NCBI GenBank assembly: GCA_040830765.1
Contig: JBFOMH010000004.1
Coordinates: forward strand, 160,001-224,000
DNA length: 64,000 nucleotides
Source: Puniceicoccaceae bacterium
Lineage (GTDB): Bacteria > Verrucomicrobiota > Verrucomicrobiia > Opitutales > Oceanipulchritudinaceae
Reading direction: 5' to 3'
Shown: piece by piece, positions 38,660-47,132 of the stretch
Numbering within the stretch: the first letter of the stretch is position 1
Layout of the letters: the number at the start of each line of letters is the position of its first letter
Notes under the pieces: generated by a model
The model's database searches: none
What the model saw: the letters and a program-made list of their open reading frames with translations, nothing else
What the model was told of the DNA's origin: nothing
Translations under genes and position numbers: made by a program

Positions 38660-39808
38660 ATGATGGCTAAAGAGGATTATTACGAATTGCTGGGCGTCGG
38701 GCGCGATGCTTCCGCGGAGGAAATAAAGAAGGCCTACCGCAAGAAGGCCGTGCAGTACCACCCGGACAAGCACAAGGGCGACAAGGCCATGGAGGAGAAG
38801 TTTAAGGAAGTCTCCGAGGCTTATGAGGTGCTCAAGGATGCTGACAAGAAGGCTGCCTACGACCGTTACGGGCATGCCGCCTTTGAGCAGGGCGGTGCCG
38901 GGATGAGGGGCGCCGGGGGAGGCTTCCACGATCCCTTTGATATTTTTCGTGAAGTCTTTGGCGGAAGTGCCTTTGATGATTTCTTTGGTGGTGGCGGAGG
39001 CTCCCGTGGTGGCGGCAGTGCTTCCCAGTCCGGCTCGGACCTTCGTTACGATATCGAAATTTCGCTGGTCGAAGCCTTCAAGGGAGTGGAAAAGGAAATT
39101 TCCTATCGCACCGCTGGGTCCTGTGACAGTTGCAACGGCTCAGGGGCCGAGCCCGGCTCAAAAGTAGTCACCTGCTCCACTTGTGGTGGCGCTGGCCGGG
39201 TGATCAGCTCGCGGGGCTTCTTCCAGGTCCAGCAGGTATGTCCAAACTGTAATGGCGCCGGACGCATGCCGGAGTCGCGCTGTCGCAATTGCGGGGGAGA
39301 AGGCCGCATCAACAAGAACAAGACGGTCAAGATCAAGGTCCCGGCGGGCATTTCCACCGGCCAAAAGCTGCGTTCCGCGGGCAACGGCGAGGCCGGGGTC
39401 ATGGGTGGGCCGGCAGGTGACCTCTATGTCGTGGTCCATGTGAAGGACCACCCGATTTTTGAGCGCCAGGGCGACGACCTCTATTGTGACGTGCCGGTTA
39501 AGTTCACACTCGCGGCTCTCGGGGGGACGATTGAGGTACCGACCCTCTCCAACAGCAGTGGTTTTGTTTCCTTGAAAATCCCCGCCGGTACCCAGGACGG
39601 GACGGTCTTCAAGCTGCGGGATCGTGGAATGCCGCATCTCCGCACCTCGACCAAGGGCAACCAGTTTGTCCGTGTCCACATCGAGGTCCCGAAAAAACTG
39701 AGTGCCGAGCAACGGGAGCTGCTGGAAAAGTTTGCCAAAGCCTGTGGCGATACCGACCATCCGGTTGAGGAAAGTTTCTGGGAAAAGGCCAAGAAGATTT
39801 TTGATTAG
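38660..39808 (+). CDS. dnaJ: chaperone DnaJ
   Basis: J-domain HPD, G/F-rich region, four CxxCxGxG repeats. Confidence 0.97.
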   Translation: MMAKEDYYELLGVGRDASAEEIKKAYRKKAVQYHPDKHKGDKAMEEKFKEVSEAYEVLKDADKKAAYDRYGHAAFEQGGAGMRGAGGGFHDPFDIFREVFGGSAFDDFFGGGGGSRGGGSASQSGSDLRYDIEISLVEAFKGVEKEISYRTAGSCDSCNGSGAEPGSKVVTCSTCGGAGRVISSRGFFQVQQVCPNCNGAGRMPESRCRNCGGEGRINKNKTVKIKVPAGISTGQKLRSAGNGEAGVMGGPAGDLYVVVHVKDHPIFERQGDDLYCDVPVKFTLAALGGTIEVPTLSNSSGFVSLKIPAGTQDGTVFKLRDRGMPHLRTSTKGNQFVRVHIEVPKKLSAEQRELLEKFAKACGDTDHPVEESFWEKAKKIFD

Positions 39809-39816
39809 GAGGTAGC

Positions 39817-40398
39817 ATGCGGTTTGTCATTCTAGGATCGGGAACAGGGAGTAACGCGGAAACCCTCCTGACCGAATGGCAGGCCGGGCGACTCGGCAAG
39901 GCCGAGCCAGCAGCCATCTTCAGCGACAAGCCGGAAGCCCGCATCCTGACACTTGGCGAGCGCTATGGAGTCCCGGCAAGGTTCATTGATCCCGGTCCCT
40001 ACAAGACAAAGCTGACTCCGGAAACGGAGGCGGCCTACGTTCAGGCCATCAAGGACACTGGGGCCGACCTGGTTGTCCTGGCCGGCTTCATGCGGGTTAT
40101 CAAGAAAACCATCCTTGATGCTTTCCCGATGCAGATCATCAACCTGCACCCGAGCCTGCTCCCCAGTTTCAAGGGTCTGCACGGTATCAAGCAGGCCTTC
40201 GATTACGGGGTCAAGGTGACCGGTTGCACAGTACATTTCGTCACCGGTGAACTCGACGGTGGCCCCATTATCGATCAGCAGGTAGTTCGTATCGAGAAAA
40301 CGGATACACTGGAATCCTTAGAAGCAAAAATCCACGTCGCCGAGCATGAGCTGCTCCCATCCGTTGTCCGTCGCCTGGCAGAGGGAGGTCTCGGGTGA
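39817..40398 (+). CDS. purN: phosphoribosylglycinamide formyltransferase
   Basis: 'SGTGSN', 'LAGFMR', 'NLHPSLLP', 'GCTVHFV..LDGGPII'. Confidence 0.95.
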   Translation: MRFVILGSGTGSNAETLLTEWQAGRLGKAEPAAIFSDKPEARILTLGERYGVPARFIDPGPYKTKLTPETEAAYVQAIKDTGADLVVLAGFMRVIKKTILDAFPMQIINLHPSLLPSFKGLHGIKQAFDYGVKVTGCTVHFVTGELDGGPIIDQQVVRIEKTDTLESLEAKIHVAEHELLPSVVRRLAEGGLG

Positions 40399-41276
40399 TC
40401 GAGCTGCGACTTCCCGTCACTGCCGAATTGTCCGAGCGCCTCGAGGCGTATTTTTGCGAGGAATACCAGCAATGCTGGTCGATTGAGGAGAATTGGGAAA
40501 CGCGGGAACAGTTTCTCCGGGGTTTTTTCGAGGACAGGGAATCGCTTGAAGCGATTTTTGCCAATCTGAAGGAAATCCTTCCCGATCTGGAAGGGGAGCC
40601 GGTTATCCGCGACCTGCCGGATAGCGACTGGAAAGAGGCCTATAAGCTGCATTTCAAGCCATGGAGCGAGCGGGGCCTGCACTGGGTTCCGGTCTGGGAA
40701 CGGGACAGTTATCCATTGCCGGAGGGTGAGGAAATTGTCTACCTCGATCCGGGGATGGCCTTTGGTACGGGCAACCATGAGACCACCCGCCTTTGTGTGC
40801 GTCGCCTGCTCGATGCCCGGGACGCCTGGGGTGGGGTAGTGAAAGAGAAGCGCGTCATCGACGGAGGCTGTGGTTCCGGGATTCTCGCCATCTCCGCCCG
40901 CAAGGTGGGATTCAATGATGTATACGGCTTCGACAACGATCCGGACTCGGTCCGCATCAGCCTCGACAACGAGAAACTTTGCGACCTCGAGGGGAGCATC
41001 ACCTTCCGCTGGGCTGACCTTGTGGAGGGATTGAAAGAGGAGAGCGGTGACCTGTTACTGGTCAATATCCTCGGGAACATCCTTTGCGACCATGCGGAGC
41101 TGCTCTGCCGCTCCGTCCGGCCGGGGGGTTGGCTGGTACTGAGTGGTATCCTGGCCCGCGAAGTGGAGCAGGTGCATGTCGTCTTTGCCCCGGTGGTGGA
41201 AAGCTTTACCGGCACGCTCCCGGAAATGGATAGTCGCACCGACGGCGACTGGGCGGATTTACTTTACCGCTTCTAG
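40395..41276 (+). CDS. prmA: ribosomal protein L11 methyltransferase
   Basis: 'LDPGMAFGTGNHETT', 'DGGCGSGILA', 'LSGIL'. Confidence 0.93.
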   Translation: MIELRLPVTAELSERLEAYFCEEYQQCWSIEENWETREQFLRGFFEDRESLEAIFANLKEILPDLEGEPVIRDLPDSDWKEAYKLHFKPWSERGLHWVPVWERDSYPLPEGEEIVYLDPGMAFGTGNHETTRLCVRRLLDARDAWGGVVKEKRVIDGGCGSGILAISARKVGFNDVYGFDNDPDSVRISLDNEKLCDLEGSITFRWADLVEGLKEESGDLLLVNILGNILCDHAELLCRSVRPGGWLVLSGILAREVEQVHVVFAPVVESFTGTLPEMDSRTDGDWADLLYRF

Positions 41277-41707
41277 ACCGGGTCCTCCGAGAGCGGGAGG
41301 ATTCCATGAACGGTTTCCGGAATACTCTTTGGCCGCCCCGTCTCCACATCAACAAATACCCAGTCGGTTTCGCCTCGGGCAATGAGCTTGTTGTCATCCA
41401 AACGGAGAAAGGAGTACCTCCGCATGGAGCGAACCCGGCGCATGTTGTTGACCCAGGTAACCGCCTGTATCCGGTCGCCCTCAAAGGCCGGCCGCAAGTA
41501 CTCGATGTGGTGGGAGCGCGCCACCCAGGTGGCCCCGTTCGCCTCGTTCACGGCCTGCCCGCCAACCGTGTTCCAGTGCTTCACGGCAAGGTCCTGCATC
41601 CACTGGACGTACTTCACGTTGTTGACGTGGCCATTCCGATCGATCGCTTCTTTGTGCACCGTAAAGGCGTGGCTGAACCGCTCTGGAAGGCTAAATTCCT
41701 TTTCCAT
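41273..41707 (-). CDS. acyl-CoA thioesterase (hotdog fold)
   Basis: 'IDRNGHVNNVKYVQW', 'HHIEYLRPAF'; start at ATG 41707 (the longer ORF overlaps the permease). Confidence 0.88.
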   Translation of the reverse strand: MEKEFSLPERFSHAFTVHKEAIDRNGHVNNVKYVQWMQDLAVKHWNTVGGQAVNEANGATWVARSHHIEYLRPAFEGDRIQAVTWVNNMRRVRSMRRYSFLRLDDNKLIARGETDWVFVDVETGRPKSIPETVHGILPLSEDPV

Positions 41708-41761
41708 GACTGGATTTTCATGGCACCCCACAGCTTTTGCAATTAAAGATAGTCGGGAGAT

Positions 41762-43273
41762 ATGAAAGTATCCACCAGAAGGAGAATGGGATTGCTCGGC
41801 GGCTTGCTGGTGTTCGTCTTGATGCTCCTCCTTTACAACCCTCAACCGGATCGCCCGGAGGTGGGTAATATGGCCGCCATCGCAGCGCTGATGGCCATTC
41901 TCTGGATTTTCGAGGCGGTTCCTCTCGCGGCCACGGCGCTTATTCCGATTGTCGCCTTTCCCCTGGCAGGGATTCTTGACAGCGGCATCATCGCCAAGGC
42001 CTACGTCAATTCCATCATTTTCCTCTTTATCGGGGGGTTCCTCATCGCCCTCTCGATGGAACGCTGGAACCTCCACCGGCGAATCGCGCTCAATATCATC
42101 TACCTCATCGGGCGGCGGGCGGACTTGCTCATCCTCGGCTTCATGGTTGCTTGCGGTTTCCTCTCGATGTGGATTTCCAACACCGCCACCGCTGTCATGA
42201 TGCTCCCGGTGGGCCTGGCCGTCATTAGCAAGATGGAGGAGGAGTTTGGTGGAGAAAGGGCGCATCCGGTCTCCCTCGCCCTGATGCTGGGCATTGCCTA
42301 TGGCTGTACCATCGGCGGGGTTTCCACCCTTGTCGGGACGCCCCCGAATCTTGCCTTTGTCCGCATCATCCAGGAATCCTTTCCCGATGCTCCGCCGATC
42401 ACGTTTGGCAACTGGATCATCATGGGGGTGCCGTACTCCATCGTGCTCCTGTTCACCACCTGGTTCTTACTAACACGGGTGCTTTGCCGCTTTGACAAGT
42501 CGCTCACGCTCGACCGTTCCATCCTGAGGGACGAGCTGAAGCAACTCGGACCCATGCGTTACGAGGAGAAACTCATCCTCGTGGTCTTTGCCTGTACTGT
42601 CTTTCTGTGGATCTTCCGCCGGGACCTCGATTTGGGGACTTTCACCCTGCCGGGCTGGTCAAGGCTTTGGGGCGGGTTTGATGCCGTTGACGACGGGACC
42701 ATCGCCGTCGCCATGGCCCTTGTCCTCTTCTTCCTTCCGGCTTCAAGGAATGAGCAAGCCAAGCGCCTTCTGGAAATGGATGTCTTCTCGCGTCTCCCCT
42801 GGGGGATCATTCTCCTCTTTGGCGGCGGATTCGCCCTTGCTTCAGGATTTTCCGCCAGCGGGCTTTCCCTCCACATTGGGGAATCCTTCCGGGCCCTGGG
42901 CGACATTCCGGTCCCCATCCTCCTGCTCGTCATCTGCCTCAGCGTGACCTTCCTGACCGAGCTGACCTCCAACGTGGCCACCATCACGATGCTCCTGCCG
43001 ATCCTTGCCGCCTGGGCCGCCAGCCTGCAGATGCATCCGCTCCTCTTTGCCATTCCGGCCACGATTTCGGCCTCCATGGCCTTTATGATGCCGGTGGCCA
43101 CCCCGCCCAATGCGGTCGTCTTTGGGAGCGGCCGCATCCGAATCGCCGAGATGGCCCGCACGGGACTCTTTCTCAACCTTTTCGCCGTCCTCCTGACCAT
43201 CCTCGCCGTCTACCTCTTCTTCCCCCTCGTCACTGGCGCGGCCATGGACAGCTTCCCGGCGTGGGCGAAATAG
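41762..43273 (+). CDS. SLC13/DASS sodium:dicarboxylate or sulfate symporter
   Basis: 'SMWISNTAT', 'GTPPN', 'TELTSN', 'PVATPPNA'. Confidence 0.92.
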   Translation: MKVSTRRRMGLLGGLLVFVLMLLLYNPQPDRPEVGNMAAIAALMAILWIFEAVPLAATALIPIVAFPLAGILDSGIIAKAYVNSIIFLFIGGFLIALSMERWNLHRRIALNIIYLIGRRADLLILGFMVACGFLSMWISNTATAVMMLPVGLAVISKMEEEFGGERAHPVSLALMLGIAYGCTIGGVSTLVGTPPNLAFVRIIQESFPDAPPITFGNWIIMGVPYSIVLLFTTWFLLTRVLCRFDKSLTLDRSILRDELKQLGPMRYEEKLILVVFACTVFLWIFRRDLDLGTFTLPGWSRLWGGFDAVDDGTIAVAMALVLFFLPASRNEQAKRLLEMDVFSRLPWGIILLFGGGFALASGFSASGLSLHIGESFRALGDIPVPILLLVICLSVTFLTELTSNVATITMLLPILAAWAASLQMHPLLFAIPATISASMAFMMPVATPPNAVVFGSGRIRIAEMARTGLFLNLFAVLLTILAVYLFFPLVTGAAMDSFPAWAK

Positions 43274-43403
43274 GGACCAAGGACGAAAGACTAAGGACCA
43301 AGGTCTCTTGGTTCATCGTCTGGCTGGAATAGTCCCTCCTGAAAATCCGTCTTGACCTCTACCTTTTCAGCTTCCTTAGTCCTTGGTCTTTGGTCCTTTG
43401 ACC
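43274..43403. repeat. two inverted tracts of RGACNAA heptamers
   Basis: GGACCAA GGACGAA AGACTAA GGACCAA at 43274-43301; TTAGTCC TTGGTCT TTGGTCC at 43376-43396. Confidence 0.7.
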
Positions 43404-43410
43404 ACCGGAA

Positions 43411-43484
43411 GCGGGCGTAGTTTAATGGTAGAACTCCAGCCTTCCAAGCTGGTCGTGGGAGTTCGATTCTCCCCGCCCGCACCA
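43411..43484 (+). tRNA. tRNA-Gly(TCC)
   Basis: Cloverleaf GCGGGCG.../CGCCCGC-ACCA; anticodon arm CCAGC-CTTCCAA-GCTGG; T loop GTTCGATT. Confidence 0.97.
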
Positions 43485-43574
43485 TGCTTCGTTCTTCGAA
43501 CTTCGCATGGCGCAGCCATGCAGAAGTGAGATTAGAACGAAGCATGCCCCGCGTAGCGCAGCGCAGCGTGGGCT
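43482..43574. repeat. structured REP-like element directly 3' of tRNA-Gly
   Basis: Hairpin CCATGC-TTC-GTTC-TTC-GAAC-TTC-GCATGG; longer inverted repeat ATGCTTCGTTCT...AGAACGAAGCAT; related hairpin in inverted orientation to about 43574. Confidence 0.6.
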
Positions 43575-43771
43575 AAGCAGGGGTCTACAACAACACGTGG
43601 GGCCCAGGCAAAATTTTTGGCAGAACATCGCCAGGCCCGGGATACTTTCCTGTCGACACCGAATTGGCTAAAAATTATCCTGATTCGAATTCGTTCAATT
43701 GGATAATCCCAGCTACGATCAAGCTGCGCACGGATTTTATCCATATCTCTCACAAATCAAAATCCGCACCC

Positions 43772-44836
43772 GTGAATAACTACAAACTGCCAAAATCGAT
43801 TTTCGCTAACACCGCTATCCTCATCCTGATTGCCCTATCCACGACCTTGGAAGCCCGAGACCGCGTCGAGGAGTATATCCGGGAGTATCCCAACCAGGAA
43901 CAGGTCAAGATGATGAACACATGGTTGGAAAATAATGAGAAGGGAACCTTCCAGTTCACCGGTCTTGTTGATCCCGAGGAGGGTACCGTGGTGACGCCCC
44001 AGGCGACGGTGAATTACGGGTACAACTGGTTTTCTGTCTCAGACGGGCCGGCGGTTATCCGCACGCCGCGCTACGACAAGTTCTTTTCGATATCGATCTT
44101 CGACATGAAGCACAATGTGCCTGCAGTCATTGTCGATCCTGAGAAGCCGATCCTCATCAATCGGCCGGGACAGATTATTCCTGACGGGGATTACCACATC
44201 GTTGACCTGGAGACGGACCAGGGACTCGTCCTGGTGCGCATGCTTGTTGTCGACAACGAGGAGGAGGTAATGGAACTGAGCTCCAAAATCGTCATGGAAG
44301 GCGGCAAGGGGGACATGGCCCGTGACGTCCAGCGCTTCTCCAAGGAAACGGAGGTGAACGCCCATACCGTTATCGATGCGGTGATCTCCTACGCGAATCC
44401 GGATGATGCCTTTGGAAAGGTTAGCGGCGACGTGAGTTTCCTCGACCTCGCCGCTGGGGTGAAACTGGGCCAACTGGGCACCCCAAAGGATACCGTCCGC
44501 TATGGGACTATCCTTACCGATGATGCAGGTCAGCCACTCAACGGAGAGGATACCTACATCGTTACGGTACCCGCGGGCCTGCACAAGGAGGGTGGGTACT
44601 TCTCCGTCACCCTGTATGGTGCTGACAACAAGCTCCTAATCCCGAACGAGATGAATCGTTATGACCGGACAACCTTCTCGTCCGAGCCGAACACCGACGG
44701 CACCTATACCCTGACCCTCAGCCCCAGCGGCGAAGGGAAAAACGCCATCCCCACCGGCAAACCCTTTTACGGCATCCTGCGGGCCTACGTGCCCAATCCG
44801 GATGCCAGCATGCGGGTTTTCGTGAAAAAGCAGTAG
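43772..44836 (+). CDS. secreted DUF1254/DUF1214-like protein
   Basis: Signal peptide, 'VVTP...Y', 'GYFSVTLY', 'NTDGTYTL', 'LRAYVP'; GTG at 43772 is the likely start. Confidence 0.75.
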   Translation: MNNYKLPKSIFANTAILILIALSTTLEARDRVEEYIREYPNQEQVKMMNTWLENNEKGTFQFTGLVDPEEGTVVTPQATVNYGYNWFSVSDGPAVIRTPRYDKFFSISIFDMKHNVPAVIVDPEKPILINRPGQIIPDGDYHIVDLETDQGLVLVRMLVVDNEEEVMELSSKIVMEGGKGDMARDVQRFSKETEVNAHTVIDAVISYANPDDAFGKVSGDVSFLDLAAGVKLGQLGTPKDTVRYGTILTDDAGQPLNGEDTYIVTVPAGLHKEGGYFSVTLYGADNKLLIPNEMNRYDRTTFSSEPNTDGTYTLTLSPSGEGKNAIPTGKPFYGILRAYVPNPDASMRVFVKKQ

Positions 44837-45022
44837 GGAGGCCCCGCCCGCACCATCCTTCGCGCCTCGCCCGCCTGCGCGGGATTGTAGATTCGGATGG
44901 CAAGCCACGGGTGGCCCCATTCAAAGAAGCTGTGATGAGTCATTTACTTTACTGGAATAAACTTTATTTAAACACAGTTTTTTTCCTTTACCCGTCTAAA
45001 CTTCCTCTATTTAAAGGAAAGG

Positions 45023-46189
45023 ATGAAACGCCGATCAAATCCCTTTCGTTATGAATTCATCGAGGAGGAGCCGGAAGTCATTGACCGGGTGAGTGAGCGT
45101 GAGCGGATCCGCGAGGCGCTGATGGAACCAGGGTCCCGGCTGCTGGTGCACGGGCGTCGCCGGATGGGGAAGACGACCGTCTGCAAGGCGGTGGTGAACG
45201 AGCTACGGCAGGCGGGCCAGGCGGTTTTACTGGTGGATTTCTCGACGGCGACGCAGCTGGCGGATTTATCTAATGCGCTGCTGGGGAAGATAACGGAGGT
45301 GCTGGGCAAGCGCTGGCAGGATTATGTCAGCGGCTTGATGAAGGCGCTGAGCCTGCAGCTGGAGACGGAGGTGGACGGCATGACGGGCAACATCAAGGTC
45401 CGGCTCAAGCCATCGGCCCGGAAGGCCCCGATGGATGAGCAGCGGTCGACCTTCATTGGCATTCTCAACCAGGCCAACGCGCTGGCCCGGGAAAAGGGGA
45501 CGCATCTGGGAATCGTCATTGATGAGTTCCAGGAGCTGGCCCGTTTCGAGGAAGAAGCGACCCTCTGGAACCTGCGGGGTGAAATCCAGCACCATGCGAA
45601 CATCAGTTACGTCTTCACGGGATCGCGGGTGCACATGATTCGGATCCTCATTTCCAGCGACCGGGCATTCTACAAGATGTTCGGGGTGGTGAATTTCGAT
45701 CCGGTTCCCGGAGACGAGATGGCGGACTGGATCGACTCAAAGTTCAAGGAGGCAGGCGGCGACCCCGGTGATGCGATCACGCGGTTGCTGGAGGTGGCGG
45801 AAACCTGCACCGTCGACCGCTTGAGGATGGCGGCGGTGTGCTTCACCATGGCCCAGGGACGTTCCCTGACCGAGGACATGGTCTTGAAAGCGAGGGCGGC
45901 CATTGTGGAGGAGGACCGGGCCTACTTCCACAGCGACTGGCAACAGATGACCGCCCACCAGCAGAATGTCCTCCGGGCCCTTGCTGAGGGGGAACGGCGC
46001 CTGACCAGCGAGGGGGTGCGGGAGCGATTCAGTCTGCCGACAAGCGGAAGCGTGACAAACACGCTGAAATCCCTGCTGGAACGGGGTATTTTGTATGAGC
46101 TGGAAACGGCACCCGGATATGCCTTCGACAATCCCTTCTTCAGGCAGTGGATCCGGATGCGGAACCGGGATGACCTGGGTTTGGGTTGA
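45023..46189 (+). CDS. AAA-family ATPase with C-terminal winged helix
   Basis: Walker A 'GRRRMGKTT', Walker B 'IVIDEFQ', C-terminal 'L..LLERGIL...FDNPFFRQWI'. Confidence 0.85.
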   Translation: MKRRSNPFRYEFIEEEPEVIDRVSERERIREALMEPGSRLLVHGRRRMGKTTVCKAVVNELRQAGQAVLLVDFSTATQLADLSNALLGKITEVLGKRWQDYVSGLMKALSLQLETEVDGMTGNIKVRLKPSARKAPMDEQRSTFIGILNQANALAREKGTHLGIVIDEFQELARFEEEATLWNLRGEIQHHANISYVFTGSRVHMIRILISSDRAFYKMFGVVNFDPVPGDEMADWIDSKFKEAGGDPGDAITRLLEVAETCTVDRLRMAAVCFTMAQGRSLTEDMVLKARAAIVEEDRAYFHSDWQQMTAHQQNVLRALAEGERRLTSEGVRERFSLPTSGSVTNTLKSLLERGILYELETAPGYAFDNPFFRQWIRMRNRDDLGLG

Positions 46190-46217
46190 AAGCAGGGCTC
46201 GAAAAAAACCTGGAGCG

Positions 46218-47111
46218 ATGTCCATGAATAGAAACAAGGGCAAGACCAAGCACCTCATCATCTTCGGTGAAGTCCTCTTTGACAACTTCCCGGATGGGAA
46301 GAGTGTACTTGGGGGGGCGCCATTCAATGTGGCCTGGTCCCTGAATGGGTTTGGCCGGAAACCGGTCTTTGTCAGTTCCGTTGGGTCGGACGCGAACGGC
46401 GCGGCCATCCGGGAGCAGATGGAGGCATGGGAGATGGACTGCGGGGGATTGCAGACCGACCCGGCGCACCTGACCGGTGAAGTCAGGGTTACCATCGAAA
46501 ACGATGAGCCCTCCTACGAAATTTGCACCGACCGCGCCTGGGACTTCATCGATGATGAAAAGTATGCCGCCGAAGGCCTGCTTTACCACGGCTTGCTGGC
46601 CCTGCGGAGTCCAGTCTCCCGCGCCACCCTGCAACGGATGGTTGAGCGGTCTCCGGCGCAGCGCTTTTTCGATATCAATCTGCGGCCTCCATATACGGAT
46701 CTTGATGTCCTGAAAAAATGGCTACATCAGACGGGCTGGCTGAAGCTGAATATCGACGAGTTGCGCCACCTCCTCGATGACGCCGGGATCACGCTGGAGA
46801 ATTGCGGGGAAGCCATCGACCAGCTGCGGGAGACGTATTCAATTGGCAACGTTGTCCTGACAGGCGGGGCCAGCGGTGCGGTGTTGCATGGGGATTATGG
46901 ATACGTTGCCTGCCTCCCGGCGCCCCAGCCGGATCCGTTTATCGATACTGTGGGTGCCGGGGATGCCTTTTCCGCCGCGACGATTGAGGGAATCCTGCTC
47001 GGGTTGCCAGCTGAGGAGATCGTCACCACGGCCAGCCACTTTGCTGCAAAAGTGTGCGGCCTGCGCGGTGCGACGACGACCAACCGAAGCTTTTACACTG
47101 CGGTCTATTAA
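46218..47111 (+). CDS. PfkB-family carbohydrate kinase (fructokinase-like)
   Basis: 'GEVLFD', 'GGAPFNVA', 'FDINLR', 'DTVGAGDAF'. Confidence 0.9.
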   Translation: MSMNRNKGKTKHLIIFGEVLFDNFPDGKSVLGGAPFNVAWSLNGFGRKPVFVSSVGSDANGAAIREQMEAWEMDCGGLQTDPAHLTGEVRVTIENDEPSYEICTDRAWDFIDDEKYAAEGLLYHGLLALRSPVSRATLQRMVERSPAQRFFDINLRPPYTDLDVLKKWLHQTGWLKLNIDELRHLLDDAGITLENCGEAIDQLRETYSIGNVVLTGGASGAVLHGDYGYVACLPAPQPDPFIDTVGAGDAFSAATIEGILLGLPAEEIVTTASHFAAKVCGLRGATTTNRSFYTAVY

Positions 47112-47132
47112 CCGCTGAATCCGGAGCTAAGG

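Larger units (their letters stand above)
43471..44862. mobile_element. integrase-less mini-islet flanked by direct repeats of the tRNA-Gly 3' end
   Basis: CCCCGCCCGCACCAT identical at 43471-43485 and 44842-44856 (20 of 21 nt when extended through CTTCG). Confidence 0.65.

Noticed and set aside
41708..42265. N-terminal extension of the thioesterase ORF (330 aa)
   Set aside because: Overlaps the SLC13 permease on the opposite strand; the hotdog domain begins at ATG 41707.
43274..43600. CRISPR array or prophage at tRNA-Gly
   Set aside because: No repeat-spacer periodicity and no cas, integrase or phage genes.
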